From the NCBI GenBank assembly GCA_964016885.1, contig OZ024744.1, forward strand, positions 127,224,001 to 127,288,000: a stretch of 64,000 nucleotides of DNA. The letters are read 5' to 3'. Both the position numbers and the translations under genes were made by a program. The notes below the pieces were generated by a model, which worked only from the letters and a program-made list of their open reading frames with translations, was not told where the DNA came from and ran no database searches. Shown here in pieces: positions 12,501 to 26,125 of the stretch. How positions within the stretch are numbered: position 1 is the stretch's first letter; the number at the start of each line of letters is the position of its first letter. The stretch is from Eledone cirrhosa (Eukaryota).

Positions 12501-14860
12501 AGTTGGGGTTAAGTTAAGTTGGGGTTAAGGTAAGTTGGGGTTATGTTAAGTTGGGGCTAAGTTAAGTTGGGGCTAAGTTAAGTTGGGGCTAATTTAAGTT
12601 GGGGCTGAGTTAAGTTGGGGTTAAGTTAAGTTGGGGTTGAGTTAAGTTGGGGTTAAGTTAAGTTGGGATTAAGTTAAGTTGGGGTTAAGTTAAGTTCGGC
12701 TTGAGTTAAGTTGGGGTTAAGTTAAGTTGGGGTTAATTTAAGTTGGGGTTAAGTTAAGTTGGGGGTAAGTTAAGTTGGGTGTAAGTTAAGTTGGGGTTAA
12801 GTTAAGTTGGGGTTCAGTTCAGTTGGGGTTAAGTTAAGTTGGGGTTAAGTTAAGTTGGGGTTAAGTTAAGTTGGGGGTAAGTTAAGTTGGGGGCAAGTTA
12901 AGTTGGGGTTAATTTAAGTTGGGGTTAAGTTAAGTTGGGGTTATGTTAAGTTGGGGTTAAGTTAAGTTGGGGTTAAGTTAAGTTGGAGGTAACTTAAGTT
13001 GGGGTTAAGTTAAGTTGGGGTTAAGTTAAGTTGAGGGTAAGTTAAGTTGAGGGTAAGTTAAGTTGAGGTTAAGTTAAGTTGGGGTTAAGTTAAGTTGGGG
13101 GTAAGTTAAGTTGGGGGTAAGTTAAGTTGGGGTTAAGTTAAGTTGGGGTTAAATTAAGTTGAGGTTAAGTTAATTTGGGGTTAAGTTGGGGTTAAGTTAA
13201 GTTGGGGGTAAGATAAGTTGGGGCTAAGTTAAGTTGGGGCTAAGTCAAGTTGGGGTTAAGTCAAGTTGAGGTTAACTTAAGTTGGGGTTAAGTTAAGTTG
13301 GGGTTAAGTTAAGTTGGGGCTAAGTTAAGTTGGGGCTAAGTTAAGTTGGGGCTGAGTTAAGTTGGGGTTAAGTTAAGTTGGGGTTAAGTTAAGTTGGGGT
13401 TAAGTTAAGTTAGGGTTAATTTCAGTTGGGGTTATGTTAAGTTGGGGTTAAGTTAAAGTTGGGGTTAAGTTAAGTTGGGGTAAAGTTAAGTTAGGGTTAA
13501 GTTAAGTTGGGGTTAAGTTAAGTTGGGCTTAAATTAAGTTGGGGTTAATTTAAGTTGGGGTTAAGTTAAGTTGGGGTTAAATTAAGTTGGGGTTCAGTTA
13601 AGTTGGGGTTAAATTAAGTTGGGGTTAAGTTAAGTTGGGGTTAGTTAAGTTGGGGTTAAGTTAAGTTGGGGTTAAGTTAAGTTGGGGTTAAGTTAAGTTG
13701 GGGTTAAGTTAAGTTGGGGTTAAGTTAAGTTGGGGTTAAGTTAAGTTGGGGTTAAGTTAAGTTGGGGTTCAGTTAAGTTGGGGTTAAGTTAAGTTGGGGT
13801 TAAGTTAAGTTGGGGTTAGTTAAGTTGGGGTTAAGTTAAGTTGGAGTTAAGTTAAGTTGGGGTTAAGTTAAGTTGGGGTTAAGTTAAGTTGGGGTTAAGT
13901 TAAGTTGGCGTTAAGTTAAGTTGGGGTTAAGTTAAGTTGGGGTTAATTTAAGTTGGGGTTAAGATAAGGTGTGGTTAAGTTAAGTTGGGGGTAAGTTAAG
14001 TTGGGTGTAAGTTAAGTTGGGGTTAAGTTAAGTTGGGGTTCAGTTCAGTTGGGGTTAAGTTAAGTTGGGGTTAAGTTAAGCTGGGGGTAAGTTAAGTTGG
14101 GGTTAAGTTAAGTTGGGGTTAAGTTAAGTTGGGGTTAAGTTAAGTTGGGGTTAAGTTAAGTTGGGGTTAAGTTAAGTTGGAGTTAAGTTAAGTTGGGGTT
14201 AAGCTAAGTTGGGGTTCAGTTAAGTTGGGGTTAAGTTAATTTGGGGCTGAGTTAAGTTGGGGTTAAGTTAAGTTCGGGTTGAGTTAAGTTGGGGTTAAGT
14301 TAAGTTGGGGTTAAGTTAAGTTGGGGTTAAGTTAAGTTGGGGTTAAGATAAGTTGGGGTTAAGTTAAGTTGGGGTTAATTTAAGTTGGGGTTGAGGTAAT
14401 TTGGGTTTAAGTTAAGTTGGGCTTAACTTAAGTTGGGGTTAAGTTGGGGTTAAGTTAAGTTGGGGTTAAGTTAAGTTGGGGGTAAGTTAAGTTGGGGGCA
14501 AGTTAAGTTGGGGTTAATTTAAGTTGGGGTTAAGTTAAGTTGGGGTTATGTTAAGTTGGGGTTATGTTAAGTTGGGGTTAAGTTAAGTTGGGGTTAAGTT
14601 AAGTTGGGGGTAAGTTAAGTTGATGGTAAGTTAAGTTGGGGTTAAGTTAAGTTGGGGTTAAGTTAAGTTGGGGCTAAGTTAAGTTGGGCTTAACTTAAGT
14701 TGGGGTTAAGTTGGGGTTAATTTAAGTTGGGGTTAAGTTAAGTTGGGGTTAAGGTAAGTTGGGGTTAAGTTAAGTTGGGGCTAAGTTAAGTTGGGGCTAA
14801 GTTAAGTTGGGGCTGAGTTAAGTTGGGGTTAAGTTGGGGTTGAGTTAAGTTGGGGTTAAG
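3510..14860 (+). repeat. 11.26-kb higher-order repeat, copy 1
   Basis: Rare markers AGCTT (4591), AAGTTGTGTT (5751), ATTTATTG (9601) and GGGGTGGTT (T at 10864) recur in copy 2. The offset is 11,343/11,247/11,279 in the left part and exactly 11,263 from about 8.9 kb onward. Confidence 0.9.
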
Positions 14861-17800
14861 TTAAGTTGGGGTTAAATTAAGTTGGGGGTTAGTTAAGTTG
14901 GGGCAAGTTAAGTTGGGGTTAATTTAAGTTGGGGTTAAGTTAAGTTGGGGTTAAGTTAAGTTGGGATTAAGTTAAGTTGGGGTTAATTTAAGTTCGGCTT
15001 GAGTTAAGTTGGGGTTAAGTTAAGTTGGGGTTAATTTAAGTTGGGGTTGAGGTAAGTTGGGGTTATGTTAAGTTGGGGCTAAGTTAAGTTGGGGCTAAGT
15101 TAAGTTGGGGCTGAGTTAAGTTGGGGTTAAGTTAAGTTGGGGTTGAGTTAAGTTGGGGTTAAGTTAAGTTGGGATTAAGTTAAGTTGGGGTTAAGTTAAG
15201 TTCGGCTTGAGTTAAGTTGGGGTTAAGTTAAGTTGGGGTTATTTTAAGTTGGGGTTAAGTTAAGTTGGGGTTAAGATAAGTTGGGGTTAAGTTAAGTTGG
15301 GGTTAAGTTAAGTTTGGGTTGAGTTAATTTGGGGTTAAGTTAAGTTGGGGTTAACTTAAGTTGGGGTTAAGTTGGGGTTAAGTTAAGTTGGGGTTATGTT
15401 AAGTTGGGGGTAGGTTAAGTTGGGGGCAAGTTAAGTTGGGGTTAAGTTAAGTTGGGGTTAAGTTAAGTTGGGTTTACGTTAAGTTGGGGCTAAGTTAAGT
15501 TGGGGCTAAGTTAAGTTGGGGCTGAGTTAAGTTGGGGTTAAGTTAAGTTGGGGTTGAGTTAAGTTGGGGTTATGTTAAGTTAGGGTTGAGTTAAGTTGGG
15601 GTTGAGTTAAGTTGGGGTTGAGTTAAGTTGGGGTTAAGTTAAGTTGGCGTTAAGTTAAGTTGGGGTTAAGTTAAGTTGGGGTTAAGTTAATTTGCGGTTA
15701 AGTTAGGTTGTGGGTTAAGTTAAGTTGGGGTTAAGTTAAGCTGGGGTTAAGTTGGGGTAAGTTAAGTTGGGGTAAATTAAGTTGGGGTTAAGTTAAGTTG
15801 GGGTTAAGTTAAGTTGGGGTTGAGTTAAGTTGGGGTTGAGTTAAGTTGGGGTTGAGTTAAGTTGTGGTTGAGTTAAGTTGGGGTTAAGTTAAGTTGGGGT
15901 TAAGTTAAGTTGGGGTTAAGTTAAGTTGGGGGTAGCTTAAGTTGGGGGCAAGTTAAGTTGGGGTTAAGTTAAGTTGGGTTTAAGTTAAGTTGGGGCTAAG
16001 TTAAGTTGGGGTTGAGTTAAGTTGGGGTTATGTTAAGTTAGGGTTGAGTTAAGTTGGGGTTGAGTTAAGTTGGGATTGAGTTAAGTTGGGGTTAAGTTAA
16101 GTTGGCGTTAAGTTAAGTTGGGGTTAAGTTAAGTTGGGGTTAAGTTAATTTGCGGTTAAGTTAGGTTGTGGGTTAAGTTAAGTTGGGGTTAAGTTAAGCT
16201 GGGGTTAAGTTGGAGTAAGTTAAGTTGGGGGTAAGTTAAGTTAGGGTTAAGTTAAGTTGGGGTTAAGTTAAGTTGGGGTTAAGTTAAGTTGGGGTTAAGT
16301 TAAGTTGGGATTGAGTTAAGTTGGGGTTGAGTTAAGTTGGGGTTAAGTTAAGTTGGGGTTAAGTTAAGTTGGGGTTAAGTTAAGTTGGGGTTAAGTTAAG
16401 TTGGGGTTAAGTTAAGTTGGGGTTAAGTTAAGTTGGAGTTAAGTTAATTTGCGGTTAAGTTAGGTTGTGGGTTAAGTTAAGTTGGGGTTAAATTAAGTTG
16501 GGGTTAAGTTGGGGTTAAGTTAAGTTGGGGTTAAGTTAAAGTTGGGGTTAAGTTAAGTTGGGGTTAAGTTAAGTTAGGGTTAATTTCAGTTGGGGTTATG
16601 TTAAGTTGGGGTTAAGTTAAGTTGGGGTTAAGTTAAGTTGGGGGTAAGTTAAGTGGGGTGTAAGTTAAGTTGGGGTTAAGTTAAGTTGGGGTTCAGTTCA
16701 GTTGGGGTTAAGTTAAGTTGGGGTTAAGTTAAGCTGGGGGTAAGTTAAGTTGGGTGTAAGTTAAGTTGGGGTTAAGTTAAGTTGGGGTTAAGTTAAGTTG
16801 GGGGTAAGTTAAGTTGAGGGTAAGTTAAGTTGGGGTTAAGTTAAGTTGGGGTTAAATTAAGTTGGGGGTAAGTTAAGTTGGGGGTAAGTTAAGTTGGGGT
16901 TAAGTTAAGTTGGGGTTAAATTAAGTTGAGGTTAAGTTAAGTTGGGGTTAAGTTAAATTGGGGTTAATTTACGTTGGGGGTAAGATAAGTTGGGGCTAAG
17001 TTGTGTTGGGGCTAAGTCAAATGGGGTTAAGTCAAGTTGAGGTTAACTTAAGTTGGGGTTATGTTAAGTTGGGGTTAAGTTGGGGCTAAGTTAAGTTGGG
17101 GCTGAGTTAAGTTGGGGTTAAGTTAAGTTGGGGTTGAGTTAAGTTGGGGTTAAGTTAAGTTGGGATTAAGTTAAGTTGGGGTTAAGTTAAGTTCGGCTTG
17201 AGTTAAGTTGGGGTTAAGTTAAGTTGGGGTTAATTTAAGTTGGGGTTAAGTTAAGTTGGGGTTAAGATAAGTTGGGGTTAAGTTAAGTTGGGGTTAAGTT
17301 AAGTTGGGGTTGAGTTAATTTGGGGTTAAGTTAAGTTGGGGTTAACTTAAGTTGGGGTTAAGTTGGGGTTAAGTTAAGTTGGGGTTAAGTTAAGTTGGGG
17401 GTAGATTAAGTTGGGGGCAAGTTAAGTTGGGGTTAAGTTAAGTTGGGGTTAAGTTAAGTTGGGTTTAAGTTAAGTTGGGGCTAAGTTAAGTTGGGGCTAA
17501 GTTAAGTTGGGGCTGAGTTAAGTTGGGGTTAAGTTAAGTTGGGGTTGAGTTAAGTTGGGGTTATGTTAAGTTAGGGTTGAGTTAAGTTGGGGTTGAGTTA
17601 AGTTGGGGTTGAGTTAAGTTGGGGTTAAGTTAAGTTGGGGGTAAGTTAAGTGGGGTGTAAGTTAAGTTGGGGTTAAGTTAAGTTGGGGTTCAGTTCAGTT
17701 GGGGTTAAGTTAAGTTGGGGTTAAGTTAAGCTGGGGGTAAGTTAAGTTGGGTGTAAGTTAAGTTGGGGTTAAGTTAATTTGCGGTTAAGTTAGGTTGTGG

Positions 17801-20800
17801 GTTAAGTTAAGTTGGGGTTAAGTTAAGCTGGGGTTAACTGGGGTAAGTTAAGTTGGGGTAAGTTAAGTTGGGGTTAAGTTAAGTTGGGGTTAAGTTAAGT
17901 TGGGGTTGAGTTAAGTTGGGGTTAAGTTAAGTTGGGGTTAAGTTAAGTTGGGGTTAAGTTAAGCTGGGGGTAAGTTGGGGTAAGTTAAGTTGGGGTTAAG
18001 TTAAGTTGGGGTTAAGTTAATTTGCGGTTAAGTTAGGTTGTGGGTTAAGTTAAGTTGGGGTTAAGTTAAGCTGGGGTTAAGTTGGGGTAAGTTAAGTTGG
18101 GGTTAAGTTAAGTTGGGGTTAAGTTAAGTTGGGGTTAAGTTAAGTTGGGGGTAAGTTAAGTTGGGGGCAAGTTAAGTTGGGGTTAAGTTAAGTTGGGGTT
18201 AAGTTAAGTTGGGGTTAAGTTAAGTTGGGGTTAAGTTAAGTTGGGGTTAAGTTAAGTTGGGGTTAAGTTAAGTTGGGGTTAAGTTAAGTTAGGGTTAATT
18301 TCAGTTGGGGTTATGTTAAGTTGGGGTTAAGTTAAGTTGGGGTTAAGTTAAAGTTGGGGTTAAGTTAAGTTGGGGTTCAGTTGGGGTAAGTTAAGTTGGG
18401 GGTAAGTTAAGTTGGGTTTAAGTTAAGTTGGGGTTAAGTTAAGTTGGGGTTGAGTTAAGTTGGGGTTAAGTTAAGTTAGGGTTAATTTCAGTTGAGGTTA
18501 TGTTAAGTTGGGGTTAAGTTAAGTTGGGGTTAAGTTAAAGTTGGGGTTAAGTTCAGTTGGGGTTAATTTCAGTTGGGGTTATGTTAAGTTGGGGTTAAGT
18601 TAAGTTGGGGTTAAGTTAAAGTTGGGGTTAAATTAAGTTGGGGTAAAGTTAAGTTGGGGTTAAGTTAAGTTGGGGTTAAATTAAGTTGGGGTTCAGTTAA
18701 GTTGGGGTTAAATTAAGTTGGGGTTAAGTTAAGTTGGGGTTAGTTAAGTTGGGGTTAAGTTAAGTTGGGGTTAAGTTAAGTTGGGGTTAAGTTAAGTTGG
18801 GGTTAAGTTAAGTTGGCGTTAAGTTAAGTTGGGGTTAAGTTAAGTTGGGGTTAATTTAAGTTGGGGTTAAGTTAAGTTGGGGTTAAGTTAAGTTGGAGTT
18901 AAGTTAAGTTGGGGTTAAGTTAATTTGGGGTTCAGTTCAGTTGGGGTTAAATTAAGTTGGGGTTAAGTTAAGTTGGGGTTATGTTAAGTTGGGGTTAAGT
19001 TAAGTTGCGGTTAAGTTAAGTTGGGGTTAAGTTAAGTTGGGGTTAAGTTAAGTTGGGGTTAAATTAAGTTGGGGTTAAGTTAAGTTGGGGTTATGTTAAG
19101 TTGGGGTTAAGTTAAGTTGCGGTTAAGTTAAGTTGGGGTTAAGTTAAGTTGGGATTAACTTAAGTTGGGGTTAAGTTTGGGTTAAGTTAAGTTGGGGTTA
19201 AGTTAAGTTGGGGGTTAGTTAAGTTGGGGGCAAGTTAAGTTGGGGTTAATTTAAGTTGGGGTTAAGTTAAGTTGGGGTTATGTTAAGTTGGGGTTAAGTT
19301 AAGTTGGGGTTAAGTTAAGTTGGGGTAAGTTAAGTTAGGGGTAAGTTAAGTTGGGGGTAAGTTAAGTTGAGGGTAAGTTAAGTTGGGGTTAAGTTAAGTT
19401 GGAGTTAAATTGAGTTGGGGGTAAGTTAAGTTGGGGGTAAGTTAAGTTGGGGTTAAGTTAAGTTGGGGTTAAATTAAGTTGAGGTTAAGTTAAGTTGGGG
19501 TTAAGTTAAGTTGGGGTTAAGTTAAGTTGGGGGTAAGATAAGTTGGGGCTAAGTTAAGTTGGGGCTAAGTCAAGATGGGGTTAAGTTAAGTTGGGGTTAA
19601 GTTAAGTTGGGGTTAAGGTAAGTTGGGGTTATGTTAAGTTGGGGCTAAGTTAAGTTGGGGCTAAGTTAAGTTGGGGCTGAGTTAAGTTGGGGTTAAGTTA
19701 AGTTGGGGTTGAGTTAAGTTGGGGTTAATTTAAGTTGGGATTAAGTTAAGTTGGGGTTAAGTTAAGTTCGGCTTGAGTTAAGTTGGGGTTAATTTAAGTT
19801 GGGTTTAATTTAAGTTGGGGTTAAGTTAAGTTGGGGTTAAGATAAGTTGGGGTTAAGTTAAGTTGGGGTTAAGTTAAGTTGGGGTTGAGTTAATTTGGGG
19901 TTAAGTTAAGTTGGGGTTAACTTAAGTTGGGGTTAAGTTGGGGTTAAGTTAAGTTGGGGTTAAGTTAAGTTGGGGTTAAGTTAAGTTGGGGGTAGGTTAA
20001 GTTGGGGTTAAGTTAAGCTGGGGTTAAGTTGGGGTAAGTTAAGTTGGGGGTAAGTTAAGTTGGGGTTAAGTTATGTTGGGGTTAAGTTAAGTTGGGGTTG
20101 AGTTAAGTTGGGGTTGAGTTAAGTTGGGGTTGAGTTAAGTTGGGGTTGAGTTAAGTTGGGGTTAAGTTAAGTTGGGGGTAAGTTAAGTTGGGGTTAAGTT
20201 AAGTTGGGGTTAAGTTAAGTTGGGGTTAAGTTAAGTTGGGGTTAAGTTAAGTTGGGGTTAAGTTAAGTTGGGGGTTAGTTAAGTTGGGGGCAAGTTAAGT
20301 TGGGGTTAATTTAAGTTGGGGTTAAGTTAAGTTGGGGTTATGTTAAGTTGGGGTTAAGTTAAGTTGGGGTTAAGTTAAGTTGGGGGTAAGTTAAGTTGGG
20401 GTTAAGTTAAGTTGGGGGTAAATTAAGTTGAGGGTAAGTTAAGTTGGGGTTAAGTTAAGTTGGGGTTAAATTAAGTTGGGGGTAGGTTAAGTTGGGGGTA
20501 AGTTAAGTTGGGGTTAAGTTAAGTTGGGGTTCAGTTAAGTTGAGGTTAAGTTAAGTTGGGGTTAAGTTAAATTGGGGTTAATTTAAGTTGGGGGTAAGAT
20601 AAGTTGGGGCTAAGTTAAGTTGGGGCTAAGTCAAGTTGGGGTTAAGTCAAGTTGAGGTTAACTTAAGTTGGGGTTATGTTAAGTTGGGGTTAAGTTGGGG
20701 CTAAGTTAAGTTGGGGCTGAGTTAAGTTGGGGTTAAGTTAAGTTGGGGTTGAGTTAAGTTGGGGTTAAGTTAAGTTGGGATTAAGTTAAGTTGGGATTAA

Positions 20801-23800
20801 GTTAAGTTGGGGTTAAGTTAAGTTCGGCTTGAGTTAAGTTGGGGTTAAGTTAAGTTGGGGTTAATTTATTGTTGGGGTTAAGTTAAGTTGGGGTTAAGAT
20901 AAGTTGGGGTTAAGTTAAGTTGGGGTTAAGTTAAGTTGGGGTTGAGTTAATTTGGGGTTAAGTTAAGTTGGGGTTAACTTAAGTTGGGGTTAAGTTGGGG
21001 TTAAGTTAAGTTGGGATTAAGTTAAGTTGGGGGTAGGTTAAGTTGGGGGCAAGTTAAGTTGGCTTTAAGTTAAGTTGGGGCTAAGTTAAGTTGGGGCTAA
21101 GTTAAGTTGGGGCTGAGTTAAGTTGGGGTTAAGTTAAGTTGGGGTTGAGTTAAGTTGGGGTTATGTTAAGTTAGGGTTGAGTTAAGTTGGGGTTGAGTTA
21201 AGTTGGGGTTGAGTTAAGTTGGGGTTAAGTTAAGTTGGCGTTAAGTTAAGTTGGGGTTAAGTTAAGTTGGGGTTAAGTTAATTTGCGGTTAAGTTAGGTT
21301 GTGGGTTAAGTTAAGTTGGGGTTAAGTTAAGCTGGGGTTAAGTTGGGGTAAGTTAAGTTGGGGTTAAGTTAAGTTGGGGTTAAGTTAAGTTGGGGTTAAG
21401 TTAAGTTGGGGGTAAGTTAAGTTGGGGGCAAGTTAAGTTGGGGTTAAGTTAAGTTGGGGTTAAGTTGGGGTTAAGTTAAGTTGGGGTTAAGTTAAGTTGG
21501 GGTTAAGTTAAGTTAGGGTTAATTTCAGTTGGGGTTATGTTAAGTTGGGGATAAGTTAAGTTGGGGTTAAGTTAAAGTTGGGGTTAAGTTAAGTTGGGGT
21601 TAAGTTAAGTTAGGGTTAATTTCAGTTGGGGTTATGTTAAGTTGGGGTTAAGTTAAGTTGGGGTTAAGTTAAGTTGGAGGTAAGTTAAGTGGGGTGTAAG
21701 TTAAGTTGGGGTTAAGTTAAGTTGGGGTTCAGTTCAGTTGGGGTTATGTTAAGTTGGGGTTAAGTTAAGCTGGGGGTAAGTTAAGTTGGGTGTAATTTAA
21801 GTTGGGGTTAAGTTAAGTTGGGGTTAGTTAAGTTGGGGGCAAGTTAAGTTGGGGTTAATTTAAGTTGGGGTTAAGTTAAGTTGGGGTTATGTTAAGTTGG
21901 GGTTAAGTTAAGTTGGGGTTAAGTTAAGTTGGGGGTAAGTTAAGTTGGGGTTAAGTTAAGTTGGGGGTAAGTTAAGTTGAGGGTAAGTTAAGTTGGGGTT
22001 AAGTTAAGTTGGGGTTAAATTAAGTTGGGGGTAAGTTAAGTTGGGGGTAAGTTAAGTTGGGGTTAAGTTAAGTTGGGGTTAAATTAAGTTGGGGGTAAGA
22101 TAAGTTGGGGTTAAGTTAAGTTGGGGTGGTTAATTTAAGTTGGGGTTAAGATAAGGTGTGGTTAAGTTAAGTTGGGGGTAAGTTAAGTTGGGTGTAAGTT
22201 AAGTTGGGGTTCAGTTCAGTTGGGGTTCAGTTCAGTTGGGGTTAAGTTAAGTTGGGGTTAAGTTAAGCTGGGGGTAAGTTAAGTTGGGGTTAAGTTAAGT
22301 TGGGGTTAAGTTAAGTTGGGGTTAAGTTAAGTTGGGGTTAAGTTAAGTTGGGGTTAAGTTAAGTTGGAGTTAAGTTAAGTTGGGGTTAAGCTAAGTTGGG
22401 GTTCAGTTAAGTTGGGGTTAAGTTAATTTGGGGCTGAGTTAAGTGGGGTTAAGTTAAGTTCGGGTTGAGTTAAGTTGGGGTTAAGTTAAGTTGGGGTTAA
22501 GTTAAGTTGGGGTTAAGTTAAGTTGGGGTTAAGATAAGTTGGGGTTAAGTTAAGTTGGGGTTAATTTAAGTTGGGGTTGAGGTAATTTGGGTTTAAGTTA
22601 AGTTGGGCTTAACTTAAGTTGGGGTTAAGTTGGGGTTAAGTTAAGTTGGGGTTAAGTTAAGTTGGGGGTAAGTTAAGTTGGGGGCAAGTTAAGTTGGGGT
22701 TAATTTAAGTTGGGGTTAAGTTAAGTTGGGGTTATGTTAAGTTGGGGTTATGTTAAGTTGGGGTTAAGTTAAGTTGGGGTTAAGTTAAGTTGGGGGTAAG
22801 TTAAGTTGATGGTAAGTTAAGTTGGGGTTAAGTTAAGTTGGGGTTAAGTTAAGTTGGGGGTAAGATAAGTTGGGGCTAAGTTAAGTTGGGCTTAACTTAA
22901 GTTGGGGTTAAGTTGGGGTTAATTTAAGTTGGGGTTAAGTTAAGTTGGGGTTAAGGTAAGTTGGGGTTAAGTTAAGTTGGGGCTAAGTTAAGTTGGGGCT
23001 AAGTTAAGTTGGGGCTGAGTTAAGTTGGGGTTAAGTTGGGGTTGAGTTAAGTTGGGGTTAAGTTAAGTTGGGGTTAACTTAAGTTGGGGTTAAGTTAAGA
23101 TGGGGTTAAGTTAAGTTGGGGGTAAGTTAAGTTGGGGGCAAGTTGAGTTGGGGTTAAGTTAAGTTGGGGTTAAGTTAAGGTGGGGGTAAGTTAAGTTGGG
23201 GGTAAGTTAAGTTGGCGTTAAGTTAAGTTGGGGTTAAGTTAAGTTGGGTTTAAGTTAAGTTGGGGCTAAGTTAAGTTGGGGCTGAGTTAAGTTGGGGTTG
23301 AGTTAAGTTGGGGTTAACTTAAGTTGGGGTTAAGTTGGGGTTAAGTTAAGTTGGGGGTTAGTTAAGTTGGGGGCAAGTTAAGTTGGGGTTAATTTAAGTT
23401 GGGGTTAAGTTAAGTTGGGGTTATGTTAAGTTGGGGTTAAGTTAAGTTGGGGTTAAGTTAAGTTGGGGGTAAGTTAACTGGGGTTAAGTTAAGTTGGGGG
23501 TAAGTTAAGTTGAGGCTAAGTTAAGTTGGGGTTAAGTTAAGTTGGGGTTCAATTAAGTTGGGGGTAAGTTAAGTTGGGGGTAAGTTAAGTTGGGGTTAAG
23601 TTAAGTTGGGGTTAAATTAAGTTGAGGTTAAGTTAAGTTGGGGTTAAGTTAAGTTGGGGTTAAGTTAAGTTGGGGTTAAGATAAGTTGGGGCTAAGTTCA
23701 GTTGGGGCTAAGTCAAGTTGGGGTTAAGTCAAGTTGAGGTTAACTTAAGTTGGGGTTAAGTTAAGTTGGGGTTAAGTTAAGTTGGGGTTAAGGTAAGTTG

Positions 23801-26125
23801 GGGTTATGTTAAGTTGGGGCTAAGTTAAGTTGGGGCTAAGTTAAGTTGGGGCTAATTTAAGTTGGGGCTGAGTTAAGTTGGGGTTAAGTTAAGTTGGGGT
23901 TGAGTTAAGTTGGGGTTAAGTTAAGTTGGGATTAAGTTAAGTTGGGGTTAAGTTAAGTTCGGCTTGAGTTAAGTTGGGGTTAAGTTAAGTTGGGGTTAAT
24001 TTAAGTTGGGGTTAAGTTAAGTTGGGGGTAAGTTAAGTTGGGTGTAAGTTAAGTTGGGGTTAAGTTAAGTTGGGGTTCAGTTCAGTTGGGGTTAAGTTAA
24101 GTTGGGGTTAAGTTAAGTTGGGGTTAAGTTAAGTTGGGGGTAAGTTAAGTTGGGGGCAAGTTAAGTTGGGGTTAATTTAAGTTGGGGTTAAGTTAAGTTG
24201 GGGTTATGTTAAGTTGGGGTTAAGTTAAGTTGGGGTTAAGTTAAGTTGGAGGTAACTTAAGTTGGGGTTAAGTTAAGTTGGGGTTAAGTTAAGTTGAGGG
24301 TAAGTTAAGTTGAGGGTAAGTTAAGTTGAGGTTAAGTTAAGTTGGGGTTAAGTTAAGTTGGGGGTAAGTTAAGTTGGGGGTAAGTTAAGTTGGGGTTAAG
24401 TTAAGTTGGGGTTAAATTAAGTTGAGGTTAAGTTAATTTGGGGTTAAGTTGGGGTTAAGTTAAGTTGGGGGTAAGATAAGTTGGGGCTAAGTTAAGTTGG
24501 GGCTAAGTCAAGTTGGGGTTAAGTCAAGTTGAGGTTAACTTAAGTTGGGGTTAAGTTAAGTTGGGGTTAAGTTAAGTTGGGGCTAAGTTAAGTTGGGGCT
24601 AAGTTAAGTTGGGGCTGAGTTAAGTTGGGGTTAAGTTAAGTTGGGGTTAAGTTAAGTTGGGGTTAAGTTAAGTTAGGGTTAATTTCAGTTGGGGTTATGT
24701 TAAGTTGGGGTTAAGTTAAAGTTGGGGTTAAGTTAAGTTGGGGTAAAGTTAAGTTAGGGTTAAGTTAAGTTGGGGTTAAGTTAAGTTGGGCTTAAATTAA
24801 GTTGGGGTTAATTTAAGTTGGGGTTAAGTTAAGTTGGGGTTAAATTAAGTTGGGGTTCAGTTAAGTTGGGGTTAAATTAAGTTGGGGTTAAGTTAAGTTG
24901 GGGTTAGTTAAGTTGGGGTTAAGTTAAGTTGGGGTTAAGTTAAGTTGGGGTTAAGTTAAGTTGGGGTTAAGTTAAGTTGGGGTTAAGTTAAGTTGGGGTT
25001 AAGTTAAGTTGGGGTTAAGTTAAGTTGGGGTTCAGTTAAGTTGGGGTTAAGTTAAGTTGGGGTTAAGTTAAGTTGGGGTTAGTTAAGTTGGGGTTAAGTT
25101 AAGTTGGAGTTAAGTTAAGTTGGGGTTAAGTTAAGTTGGGGTTAAGTTAAGTTGGGGTTAAGTTAAGTTGGCGTTAAGTTAAGTTGGGGTTAAGTTAAGT
25201 TGGGGTTAATTTAAGTTGGGGTTAAGATAAGGTGTGGTTAAGTTAAGTTGGGGGTAAGTTAAGTTGGGTGTAAGTTAAGTTGGGGTTAAGTTAAGTTGGG
25301 GTTCAGTTCAGTTGGGGTTAAGTTAAGTTGGGGTTAAGTTAAGCTGGGGGTAAGTTAAGTTGGGGTTAAGTTAAGTTGGGGTTAAGTTAAGTTGGGGTTA
25401 AGTTAAGTTGGGGTTAAGTTAAGTTGGGGTTAAGTTAAGTTGGAGTTAAGTTAAGTTGGGGTTAAGCTAAGTTGGGGTTCAGTTAAGTTGGGGTTAAGTT
25501 AATTTGGGGCTGAGTTAAGTTGGGGTTAAGTTAAGTTCGGGTTGAGTTAAGTTGGGGTTAAGTTAAGTTGGGGTTAAGTTAAGTTGGGGTTAAGTTAAGT
25601 TGGGGTTAAGATAAGTTGGGGTTAAGTTAAGTTGGGGTTAATTTAAGTTGGGGTTGAGGTAATTTGGGTTTAAGTTAAGTTGGGCTTAACTTAAGTTGGG
25701 GTTAAGTTGGGGTTAAGTTAAGTTGGGGTTAAGTTAAGTTGGGGGTAAGTTAAGTTGGGGGCAAGTTAAGTTGGGGTTAATTTAAGTTGGGGTTAAGTTA
25801 AGTTGGGGTTATGTTAAGTTGGGGTTATGTTAAGTTGGGGTTAAGTTAAGTTGGGGTTAAGTTAAGTTGGGGGTAAGTTAAGTTGATGGTAAGTTAAGTT
25901 GGGGTTAAGTTAAGTTGGGGTTAAGTTAAGTTGGGGCTAAGTTAAGTTGGGCTTAACTTAAGTTGGGGTTAAGTTGGGGTTAATTTAAGTTGGGGTTAAG
26001 TTAAGTTGGGGTTAAGGTAAGTTGGGGTTAAGTTAAGTTGGGGCTAAGTTAAGTTGGGGCTAAGTTAAGTTGGGGCTGAGTTAAGTTGGGGTTAAGTTGG
26101 GGTTGAGTTAAGTTGGGGTTAAGTT
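14861..26125 (+). repeat. 11,263-bp higher-order repeat, copy 2
   Basis: Markers at 15934, 16998, 20864 and 22127; the first three recur exactly 11,263 bp later (27197, 28261, 32127). Confidence 0.92.

Noticed and set aside
3510-14860. 11.26-kb HOR as a dimer of the ~5.5-kb period
   Set aside because: The halves do not share marker order; AGGTGTGG and TTGATGG occur only in the second half.
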